Positions 11,612 through 18,908 of a stretch of DNA of 64,000 nucleotides are shown here, piece by piece (the stretch's first letter is position 1; every line of letters starts with the position of its first letter). Both the position numbers and the translations under genes were made by a program. The DNA lies in NCBI GenBank assembly GCA_964415365.1, contig CAYPYW010000005.1, forward strand, positions 14,579 to 78,578, written 5' to 3'. Origin of the DNA: an uncultured Actinomycetota bacterium. GTDB lineage: Bacteria; Actinomycetota; Humimicrobiia; Humimicrobiales; Humimicrobiaceae. Below the pieces are notes generated by a model. The model did no database searches, was not told where the DNA came from, and worked only from the letters and a program-made list of their open reading frames with translations.

Positions 11612-13348
11612 ATGAATAAATCAATAAAAAAAGTAATAATATTTATAATTCTACTGATGCTAGTATTTATCAGTATTTGCCTTTATTCATGTGAATATGA
11701 TGATCTGGGATTGTTCGCTACAGATAGTGATGAGGGAGTAGGCAATGTTAATGGAGAAAATGATGTCAAAGAATTAGATATTAGCAGTCAAGAACTATTC
11801 CTGGAATCAAAGGAAAAACAAAAGGATAAAAATCCTCTCAATAACATTAATATCAGAAAGGCTATATTTTATGCAATAGATAGAGAAAGGATTGTCGACG
11901 AGTTGCTTGGTAAATATGGCGAGGTACTGAATAGCTTATTTGCCAAAGATTCCTGTTATTATTCCTCTGCCTGGTCGGAATACAGTTATGATATAAATAA
12001 GGCAAAAGAGTTTTTAAGTAGGGCAGGGTACGGTGTGGATAATCCGTTATATATTACTATTGGTGCTACAAGTGATAAAAGTGTAGAACAGACAATAGAG
12101 GAAATGATTAAGGAAGATCTGGATAAGATTGGAATAAAATTGTGGATTTTCAATAAACCTTCGGAAGAATGGTACCAGGATTATATTCTTAGCGGTAACT
12201 ATGAACTGGGTGTTTTATCAATCTATAACTTTGATGGAAGTAGTTTAAACTCTAATTTCAATTCTGATAAATTACCGTCTCTGTCAACAGAGGAGAATGA
12301 GAATTGTCTGAATTTTTATTGGTATAAAGATTCGGACGCCGATGAAATTTTAGAAGAACTTTTAAATGAAAGTGATACCGAAAATAGAAAAGAATTGTTT
12401 CAAAATCTACAGGATATTTTAGCTCAAAATGCAGTGATGCTACCACTATATAATAGACCATTTGCTATTGCTTATAATAATAAAAAAATAAAGAATGTAG
12501 ATTTCAAAATTGAAAATAACAAAATCTTTTTCAACATAGAAGATTGGACTGTACCTGATGAAGAGCAAACGGGTGGAGATGAAGAAAATGGAATCATTAT
12601 CGGTTACAAAGGTGAAGATTGTAAACTTTCGGATCTATTTAGCTCGGATTATATAAGTGATCTTGTAATGAAGGGCCTATGGGAGATCAATGAGAATGGA
12701 GAATATGAGGAAGTATTGGTAGAAGGAGACTCCTCCTCTGAGAATAATGTAATCAGCATACCGGATCTGGAAGTCATGGTTAGACTTAAAGAGGAAATCT
12801 TCTGGGAAGATGGAGATCCTATTACATCGGAAGATGTTAAATACACTTATGATACTATATTGGAAAATGATGGTAATGTGAATATTGATGAAGATTATTT
12901 TAAAATAGAGGGAATTGAAGTAGTGAATGAAAAAGAATTCAAAATTATTTTTAAGGAGAATATTAAAGATTGGAAGAAACTTTTTATGGTTGTATTCAAG
13001 GAAGGATTATTGGAGGGAAAAGATATAAGTGGTTTTTCTGCAAAGGATATTATTGCCAACGGTCCTTATGAAATAGGGGAGTGTGTAGAAGGAGAATATT
13101 TGGTACTTAAGAAAAACGAGTTCTATTCAGGAGAGGCATCGGAGATAGATTCTATTAAGATTATATTTGACACTGATATTAATAATCTTATCGGAATGTT
13201 CAGGGATGGGGAGATAGATTTATTGAGTATTCCGGTAGATTTAGACTTGATGGAAGATCTGGAAGAAGATGAAGATTTTGATTTATTAGTTAGGCCTGGA
13301 AATTTAATGGAGCACCTGGCTATTTGTTTAAAACCAAAAGAGGAATAG
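11612..13348 (+). CDS. Lipoprotein related to family-5 solute-binding proteins with apparently circularly permuted domain order; acidic linker regions
   Basis: Signal peptide plus Cys-containing lipobox-like N-terminus. Residues ~75-310 align to the C-terminal half of the upstream SBP (AIFYAIDRER vs AISYAIDRQN; YDINKAKEFLSRAGY vs YDVDKAKEKLAEAGY). Residues ~330-520 align to the SBP N-terminal half (KGLWEINENG...FWEDGDPITSEDVKYTYDTI vs [39 protein letters not shown]). The gene is much more AT-rich than the opp genes. Confidence 0.6.
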   Translation: MNKSIKKVIIFIILLMLVFISICLYSCEYDDLGLFATDSDEGVGNVNGENDVKELDISSQELFLESKEKQKDKNPLNNINIRKAIFYAIDRERIVDELLGKYGEVLNSLFAKDSCYYSSAWSEYSYDINKAKEFLSRAGYGVDNPLYITIGATSDKSVEQTIEEMIKEDLDKIGIKLWIFNKPSEEWYQDYILSGNYELGVLSIYNFDGSSLNSNFNSDKLPSLSTEENENCLNFYWYKDSDADEILEELLNESDTENRKELFQNLQDILAQNAVMLPLYNRPFAIAYNNKKIKNVDFKIENNKIFFNIEDWTVPDEEQTGGDEENGIIIGYKGEDCKLSDLFSSDYISDLVMKGLWEINENGEYEEVLVEGDSSSENNVISIPDLEVMVRLKEEIFWEDGDPITSEDVKYTYDTILENDGNVNIDEDYFKIEGIEVVNEKEFKIIFKENIKDWKKLFMVVFKEGLLEGKDISGFSAKDIIANGPYEIGECVEGEYLVLKKNEFYSGEASEIDSIKIIFDTDINNLIGMFRDGEIDLLSIPVDLDLMEDLEEDEDFDLLVRPGNLMEHLAICLKPKEE

Positions 13349-13503
13349 GGAATCATAAAGGTATGTAACTTCCGTCCGGCAGTCTTATAAAAAAGAAAAG
13401 GATTTTACTGTAGTTTATTGACAATAATAGATATTGTTTTTAGAATTAAAAAGCTAAAAAATTGTTGCTCTATTCTAAATTTAGATTTGATGAAACACAA
13501 TAC

Positions 13504-13592
13504 GTCGGAATGGCGGAACTGGTAGACGCGCAAGGTTGAGGGCCTTGTGAACGCTTTAGTTCGTGGGGGTTCAAGTCCCCCTTCCGACACCA
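13504..13592 (+). tRNA. tRNA-Leu (anticodon GAG), class II with long variable arm, CCA encoded
   Basis: Acceptor stem GTCGGAA/TTCCGAC. Anticodon stem CAAGG/CCTTG with loop TTGAGGG. T-arm GGGGG-TTCAAGT-CCCCC. Ends ACCA. Confidence 0.9.
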
Positions 13593-13753
13593 TCATTGAC
13601 CTATCATTATTTTCAACCGAAAGAACCCTTAATATAGTGCTTAAATTTGTGGTAGCTCTGGAAGATGGCATATGAGCATATATGTATAGGAAATTATAAA
13701 GATGCTCAAGTAGCTGGCAGGATAAATATATCTGTGATGTAAGGCCTCTAGTT

Positions 13754-14041
13754 ATGCCGGATGGATTATATGAAGTCTTTAAATACTGCTTTAAAGATGT
13801 TGATATAAAAAACCAAGATATATTCCGTGATCTATTCTTTGGACTTAAAAGGAAAAGACTTAGGCAGGGGTACGGGGAACTTTATAATGTAAAAGTAGAT
13901 GATAGAGATTTTTCTGATGATTGTATTGAAAACTATTTAGAGTTTAAGGATGAAACCCCGGAGATTTTAACACATAAATATATTGAGGATATGACTAGGA
14001 AGTATGGAGACTATAGGAAAATATCAGTTTATAGAAGTTAA
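13754..14041 (+). CDS. Hypothetical protein (95 aa), first gene of the AT-rich islet downstream of tRNA-Leu
   Basis: ORF only. No recognisable motif. It is followed immediately by a 17-bp-arm AT-only palindrome. Confidence 0.45.
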   Translation: MPDGLYEVFKYCFKDVDIKNQDIFRDLFFGLKRKRLRQGYGELYNVKVDDRDFSDDCIENYLEFKDETPEILTHKYIEDMTRKYGDYRKISVYRS

Positions 14042-14044
14042 TTT

Positions 14045-14085
14045 ATATATTTAATAAAAATATTTTTAATTTTTATTAAATATAT
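14045..14085. other. Perfect AT-only inverted repeat (17-bp arms ATATATTTAATAAAAAT / ATTTTTATTAAATATAT, 7-nt loop)
   Basis: Read directly from the sequence. It starts 4 bp after the stop of ORF 13754-14041. Possible weak terminator or protein-binding palindrome. Confidence 0.6.
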
Positions 14086-14138
14086 TAAAATATGTTTAAT
14101 ACTAATTAAATGATTAATTTATTATAGAAGGGAATAAA

Positions 14139-14342
14139 ATGGCAAAAAAACAAACAAGTAAAAGAGCAGCTACAAGTGCATCAAAAGTTTTACGAGATAA
14201 AAGAACAAGTAAAGATTCTAAAACTGCTGCTGGTAGTGCATTGAGCCAAAGAGAAAAAAGAGCGCATAGTATAACCTCCCATATTCCACCAAAACGTTCT
14301 ATAAAAAGCAGCAGTGCAGGAAGAATTAAAAAAGGAAAATAA
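14139..14342 (+). CDS. Hypothetical small, highly basic, low-complexity protein (67 aa; K/S/R/A rich)
   Basis: ORF preceded by GAAGGGAATAAAATG (RBS-like). Composition resembles small nucleoid or nucleic-acid-binding proteins. No family recognised. Confidence 0.4.
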   Translation: MAKKQTSKRAATSASKVLRDKRTSKDSKTAAGSALSQREKRAHSITSHIPPKRSIKSSSAGRIKKGK

Positions 14343-14363
14343 ATTCTATAAGTTCTTAATTTT

Positions 14364-14864
14364 ATGTTTTTAATAGGTAAAAGAAATCTCTCGAATTATA
14401 TAAACGATATTAAAAATTTATATGGAAGCTATTCAGAAGAAAATATAAAAGATGCAAATAATTGGATATTAGAATTAAATAAACTTCTCATAACATCAGC
14501 ATCAATAATAATAGCATTTTCAACTATTTTTTTAAAAAATGATTTAATCAACAATAACACTAATTTTACAGATAAATTAATATTTATTATTGCATTATTT
14601 TTAATGTTTTTTTCTATTATTTTTGGTCTTATACAAATTTTTGATGACTATAGATGTTTTAAATTAACAGGGGATGATTGTAGGAAGGTAGTAGCTACAG
14701 AAAGAGTATTTAATAATAAAAAAGAATTTGATGATTTTGTAGAGAATATAAGGTCAAAAATGAAAGCAAAATCTAAGAAATGGCCTACGATTAGTCAAAG
14801 TATATTATTATCTTTAGGTATAGGATTAATTTTAACTTTTATTTTAAAATTATTTTTTTTCTAA
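14364..14864 (+). CDS. Hypothetical membrane protein (166 aa, about 3 TM helices)
   Basis: Hydrophobic segments ITSASIIIAFSTIFL, LIFIIALFLMFFSIIFGLIQIF and ILLSLGIGLILTFILKLFFF. Extremely AT-rich codon usage, unlike the core genes. Confidence 0.5.
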   Translation: MFLIGKRNLSNYINDIKNLYGSYSEENIKDANNWILELNKLLITSASIIIAFSTIFLKNDLINNNTNFTDKLIFIIALFLMFFSIIFGLIQIFDDYRCFKLTGDDCRKVVATERVFNNKKEFDDFVENIRSKMKAKSKKWPTISQSILLSLGIGLILTFILKLFFF

Positions 14865-14920
14865 TAAAAAATTTTATCCTTTAACTAGCAATATTAAATT
14901 TTTTATTTCCTCTAAAAAAA

Positions 14921-14954
14921 GGTTCGAAATTTCACTACCGGGGCAGCCAGTTTT
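14921..14954 (+). repeat. Islet direct repeat copy R1 (GGTTCGAAATTTCACTACCGGGGCAGCCAGTTTT)
   Basis: First of three ~34-bp imperfect direct repeats, all in the same orientation in ORF-flanking intergenic spacers of the tRNA-Leu islet. Core GTTCRAAATTTC (contains palindromic GAAATTTC) then ...GGGMAGCCARTT. Confidence 0.7.
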
Positions 14955-15008
14955 GAGGGTTAAATAAAATCATTATATTAATTAGAATTATTTTTATTAG
15001 GAGATTAT

Positions 15009-15911
15009 ATGAGCACACAGATATGGGAAATTGAAGGAGAGGTAATTGGAAACTTTTTTATTAAGTCTGTAGAAGAGATTAAAGTTCCTAAACTACCAAA
15101 AGACCTTGTAGTACAGAAGTTTCTAATTTTACCTGAGTTTAATGACAAAAATGAGCAAACCGGTAGATTTAAGATAAAAATTATTTTTAAAGTAGAATCT
15201 AAAGATGAAAAGCCTCCGAAACATTTAATTGCAGATATAGGTAGAGACATATTTAATTCTTATATGGATTTATTAGCTTTTATTTCTGGAGATCTAGTAA
15301 GAATGGTAAGTAATCCGACGCTAAAATATAATTATCCTGGAACAAATAAATATAGGTGCATAATATTTCCTTCTCAACAGGCAGAAGTAAGATCGCCAGT
15401 TCCCTTGAGTACGTTAATCTTTAAAAAAAATTTAGAACAGAAACACAATCAAATCTTGGCATGGTTTAGAAAGGCACTTCAAGAAAAAGATATTGTCAAT
15501 AGCACTATAGCTCTTTTTATACCATTAGAGATTTTAGCAAACCAATTCACCTGTGAAGAAAGAATAATAGAGAAATGTGATAATTGTGGTTATGAAAAAA
15601 AAGTGAGACCAGGCACGAGAATTCAGGTAGAGAACTTTTTAATAAATGAGGTTGGTTACGAAAGTAATCAATTCGAGAAAATATGGAAATTAAGAAACGA
15701 TATTTTTCATGGTAAGCTTTCTATGACATTAGAACAAATTAGAGATTTACACTTAATAAAACAAGAATTAACTTTGGCAATTATTAAAGGAATGAAAAAG
15801 TTGCTTGGAATTAGCTCATCAGAATTTCCTAAAGAAGAAATACATGGACCATTATTTGCTGATTATTTTTCGGACATTGAATATACTGTTCCTGAAAAGA
15901 ATGTTGATTAG
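15009..15911 (+). CDS. Hypothetical protein with HEPN-like Rx4H motif (FEKIWKLRNDIFHG) and a CxxC element; candidate Abi/toxin-type nuclease
   Basis: 300-aa ORF with RBS AGGAGA upstream. C-terminal region has R-N-D-I-F-H (Rx4H) embedded in a predicted helical context, as in HEPN/Abi families. KCDNCG lies upstream of it. Flanked on both sides by the 34-bp islet repeat. Confidence 0.55.
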   Translation: MSTQIWEIEGEVIGNFFIKSVEEIKVPKLPKDLVVQKFLILPEFNDKNEQTGRFKIKIIFKVESKDEKPPKHLIADIGRDIFNSYMDLLAFISGDLVRMVSNPTLKYNYPGTNKYRCIIFPSQQAEVRSPVPLSTLIFKKNLEQKHNQILAWFRKALQEKDIVNSTIALFIPLEILANQFTCEERIIEKCDNCGYEKKVRPGTRIQVENFLINEVGYESNQFEKIWKLRNDIFHGKLSMTLEQIRDLHLIKQELTLAIIKGMKKLLGISSSEFPKEEIHGPLFADYFSDIEYTVPEKNVD

Positions 15912-15986
15912 TTTATTATATTGTGGAAAATATTTTCAATGATTAACTTAAAAAATATCTAACATTACTTAAAAGTTTAAGAAAAA

Positions 15987-16020
15987 GGTTCGAAATTTCG
16001 CAACTTAGGGCAGCCAATTT
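15987..16020 (+). repeat. Islet direct repeat copy R2 (GGTTCGAAATTTCGCAACTTAGGGCAGCCAATTT)
   Basis: About 80% identical to R1 and R3. Contains the perfect 10-bp palindrome CGAAATTTCG. Confidence 0.7.
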
Positions 16021-16042
16021 ATGCTAAATTAGGACAGAGATT

Positions 16043-16076
16043 AAGCACCGGCTTTTGTTTGGTGCTTCTACTTTTA
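16043..16076 (+). terminator. Stem-loop AAGCACC-GGCTTTTGTTT-GGTGCTT followed by CTACTTTT; candidate intrinsic terminator between convergent islet genes
   Basis: 7-bp perfect stem and 11-nt loop, with a T-run on the + strand. Lies between ORF 15009-15911 (+) and ORF 16093-16419 (-). Confidence 0.45.
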
Positions 16077-16092
16077 GGATTTACTGAAATTA

Positions 16093-16419
16093 TTAAGACT
16101 TTCTAGTATTAGCAGATTTTATTGCAGCAAAAACTGCTAAAATCATTCCAGCAAAGACAATAAAAGGACTAATAATAAAAAGGTATGACCAACCCCCGTA
16201 ACTAAATGATCCTATCCACGTTAAGACAGTTCCTATAATGGTTAATCCTATCGAAATTAACCAGGAAGTTAAAATTCCACTAAAATTATTCTTCAACTTT
16301 CTAAAATTCAGTGGAAGGAAAATTGCCAGTAAAGCTATAAGGACAACTATACCCACATTAGATAAAATAACGACTTGCTTAATGAATCTTTCAATACCTT
16401 CAATAAGTTCCCAATTCAT
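16093..16419 (-). CDS. Hypothetical small membrane protein (108 aa, 3 TM)
   Basis: Minus-strand ORF with strongly hydrophobic segments (VILSNVGIVVLIALLAIFLPL, LISIGLTIIGTVLTWIG, LFIISPFIVFAGMILAVFAAI). Lies between islet repeats R2 and R3. Confidence 0.5.
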   Translation of the reverse strand: MNWELIEGIERFIKQVVILSNVGIVVLIALLAIFLPLNFRKLKNNFSGILTSWLISIGLTIIGTVLTWIGSFSYGGWSYLFIISPFIVFAGMILAVFAAIKSANTRKS

Positions 16420-16545
16420 TGCTAACCTCCTCTAAATAATTTATTTTAATATAGGAATAGTTAGTTCATTATATTATGGATTATCTTGCAATACTATTAT
16501 TTCGGTGTCTTAAGTTGCCTAAAAATATTACTTCTTCTAATATCT

Positions 16546-16578
16546 AGTTCAAAATTTCATAACCTAGGGAAGCCAATT
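16546..16578 (+). repeat. Islet direct repeat copy R3 (AGTTCAAAATTTCATAACCTAGGGAAGCCAATT)
   Basis: Same orientation as R1/R2 although the neighbouring ORFs are on the minus strand. Shares AACYTAGGGMAGCCAATT with R2. Confidence 0.65.
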
Positions 16579-16746
16579 AAGAAAAAACAAATTGTCAGGT
16601 AGATTGTAGTTTACTAATTGAAATTATGTCCTTAATAATTAGGTTCCAATTTTCAGAACAAAGGCACACCAGTAAATCCAACAAGCATGGTTAAAACTAT
16701 GAGTCTAAACTGTTGAAAACATGCCATAATTACATGTTTTTTAATT

Positions 16747-17172
16747 TTATTTAAAGTCTCCTGTCTTTTTATGTGCTATTTCTGCTTCTCTGTACTTGCC
16801 CTGTTTCTGCAATATTATATGTAGAATTCTCCAGGCATCCCTGTTATTTTCATCCAGTTTTATTAATTTTCTGATGACGTCTTCGGATTCGGAATATTTA
16901 TTTTGTTTCGAAAGAGTGGCACCAAGACAAAGCAAAGCATTGGTGTATCTTTTATCTAATTCCAGTGCTTCTCTGCAGGCTAATTCTGCTTCATTATATT
17001 TTCCCTGCTTAAAATAATTAATGCCAGAATAATACCACGCTTCTTTAAACTTTCTGTCCATTTTCAGGGCATCATTGCAGGCTCTGTCAACTTCATCGTA
17101 CTTACCCTTGTCGATAAGTATTTCAACGAAGTATATCCATGCTTCTTTCTCATCTACCATTTTTGAAACCAA
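16747..17172 (-). CDS. Tetratricopeptide (TPR) repeat protein (141 aa)
   Basis: Four consecutive ~34-aa TPR-like units (AWYYSGINYFKQGKYNEAELACREALELD; YTNALLCLGATLSKQNKYSESEDVIRKLIKLD; AWRILHIILQKQGKYREAE). Confidence 0.7.
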   Translation of the reverse strand: MVSKMVDEKEAWIYFVEILIDKGKYDEVDRACNDALKMDRKFKEAWYYSGINYFKQGKYNEAELACREALELDKRYTNALLCLGATLSKQNKYSESEDVIRKLIKLDENNRDAWRILHIILQKQGKYREAEIAHKKTGDFK

Positions 17173-17396
17173 TCCTTATTAGTATAAGGTACTTAAAGAA
17201 TTAAATACCAAAAATTAAATAATTTCAATTAATAAGATGTTAATTAATTTTGTAATCCGATCTTTTATATAATAAATGTATTTTATAATACTAAGCACTT
17301 TTGGGGAATAGGATATTTATAAATGATTTATTATTATTATTGCTAGTTATATAATTAATGATGATTTTTACTAAAAGGTATTGCGAGTAAAAGGAC

Positions 17397-18401
17397 ATGA
17401 AAGAAGCATATTTATATAAGAAGCTCGATGACAAAAAAGTAAGATGTAATCTCTGTAATCACAGATGTCTTATAAAAAATCAGGATAAAGGAAAATGCTG
17501 TGTCAGAAAGAATATTGATGGAGTGTTATATTCTCTTGTATACCGGAAATTAATTGCCGAAAACTCTGATCCAATTGAGAAAAAACCACTGTTTCATTTC
17601 CTGCCTGGTACATATTCCTTATCAATAGCAACAGTCGGATGTAACTTTAAATGTTTCTTTTGCCAGAATTTTAATATTTCACAGACTCCATCGGATTTCG
17701 ACATAATAGAGGGAAGAGATGTCTCGCCTGAGGTACTGGTAAGTCATGCTCTGGCTAATGGGGATGAGAGCATATCGTATACTTATACCGAGCCGACTAT
17801 TTTTTTCGAGTATGCTCATGACACTGCGAAACTGGCAAATGAAAAGGGATTAAAGAATGTTTTTGTAACCAATGGTTTTATGACTAAAGAATGTATAATG
17901 ATGATAAAACCTTATCTTGATGCAGCTAATGTAGATTTAAAGAGCTTTTCAGAAGATACCTATAAACAGAAGATTGGAGGGAGGTTAAAGCCAGTTCTTA
18001 GCAATATTGTTCTGATGAAAAAGCTGGGCATCTGGGTTGAGGTTACCACACTGATAATTCCAGGGATTAATGATTCTAAAGATGAGCTTCGGCAAATAGC
18101 GGAATTCCTGGCTGGGATTGATAAAGGTATACCATGGCATATCAGCGCTTACTATCCACAGTACAAGTCTGATATTCCTCCTACAAGCGTAGAACAGATA
18201 AAAATTGCTATTAGTATAGGCAAGAACGCGGGATTAAAATATGTCTATGGTGGAAATATTCCGGGCAGTATATATGAGAATACATCTTGCCCTAAGTGCA
18301 GCAGTTTATTAATAGAGAGAACACAATTTTCTGTTTCAGGTAATAAGTTAAAGAAGAATCTTTGTCCAGCTTGTGGCGAGAGAATAGAAGGAATATTTTA
18401 A
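17397..18401 (+). CDS. Radical SAM enzyme, AmmeMemoRadiSam-system / PFL-activase-like family, with C-terminal zinc ribbon
   Basis: Motif GCNFKCFFCQN (CxxxCxxC) is preceded by YSLSIATVGC, typical of the AmmeMemoRadiSam radical SAM family. C-terminal CPKC...CPAC. No AMMECR1 or MEMO1 partner genes in the window. Confidence 0.75.
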   Translation: MKEAYLYKKLDDKKVRCNLCNHRCLIKNQDKGKCCVRKNIDGVLYSLVYRKLIAENSDPIEKKPLFHFLPGTYSLSIATVGCNFKCFFCQNFNISQTPSDFDIIEGRDVSPEVLVSHALANGDESISYTYTEPTIFFEYAHDTAKLANEKGLKNVFVTNGFMTKECIMMIKPYLDAANVDLKSFSEDTYKQKIGGRLKPVLSNIVLMKKLGIWVEVTTLIIPGINDSKDELRQIAEFLAGIDKGIPWHISAYYPQYKSDIPPTSVEQIKIAISIGKNAGLKYVYGGNIPGSIYENTSCPKCSSLLIERTQFSVSGNKLKKNLCPACGERIEGIF

Positions 18402-18508
18402 AAAGGTTAACCTTGATGTTTAATCTTCTGGATCTTATGTTCGAAAAAGTAAAAGGCTGCTTAACTTTTGCATAAAATTATCTTATAATATCTTCCTGTT
18501 GCTTTTAA

Positions 18509-18582
<74 letters not shown>

Positions 18583-18749
18583 TTCTTTATTATAGTTACC
18601 TTATCCCGGGAAAGATTTATAACTCAAAGAATCTGTATTTGATCTTTTTTTAAAATCATTAATTGAAAACATTGTGGTGTTTATGTGCTTGGAGTAGCAT
18701 TTTTTAATAAAAGTTATTCCATTTAGGGGCTGCTTAGTATATAATTGAC

Positions 18750-18763
18750 TTTACACGTGTAAA
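18750..18763. promoter_or_regulatory. Perfect 14-bp palindrome TTTACACGTGTAAA just downstream of a TATATAAT -10-like box, upstream of glpT
   Basis: Its own reverse complement. Part of a ~63-bp segment (18711-18773) duplicated upstream of glpA. Confidence 0.6.
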
Positions 18764-18908
18764 TTCATTTATGAGAGTTAGTAAGTTTGGTGACTACGAT
18801 AAGTCTGATATTTATAGAGAGATGTGGGGAGTATATGTATAGCCTCAATATTAACGAAAAAGTTGCGGAAAAATATTAAAGAGAATTTATTTAAAATATT
18901 ATTAAGCA

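Noticed and set aside
13405-13671. 88-aa minus-strand ORF spanning the tRNA-Leu gene
   Set aside because: It overlaps a well-formed tRNA on the opposite strand and has no RBS and no coding-like composition, so it is spurious.
14914-16590. Interpretation of the three islet repeats as canonical integron attC sites or as tRNA 3'-end (attL/attR) duplications
   Set aside because: I could not identify complementary R''/R' (RYYYAAC/GTTRRRY) pairs with L'/L'' bulged stems around each copy. The repeats also do not match the tRNA-Leu 3' end beyond a GGTTC-A pentamer. I kept them as an unexplained repeat family instead.
18692-18698. GAGTAGC heptamer upstream of glpT as a third copy of the 23584/27483 motif
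   Set aside because: A 7-mer alone is expected about 8 times by chance in 64 kb on both strands, and its flanks do not match the other two copies.
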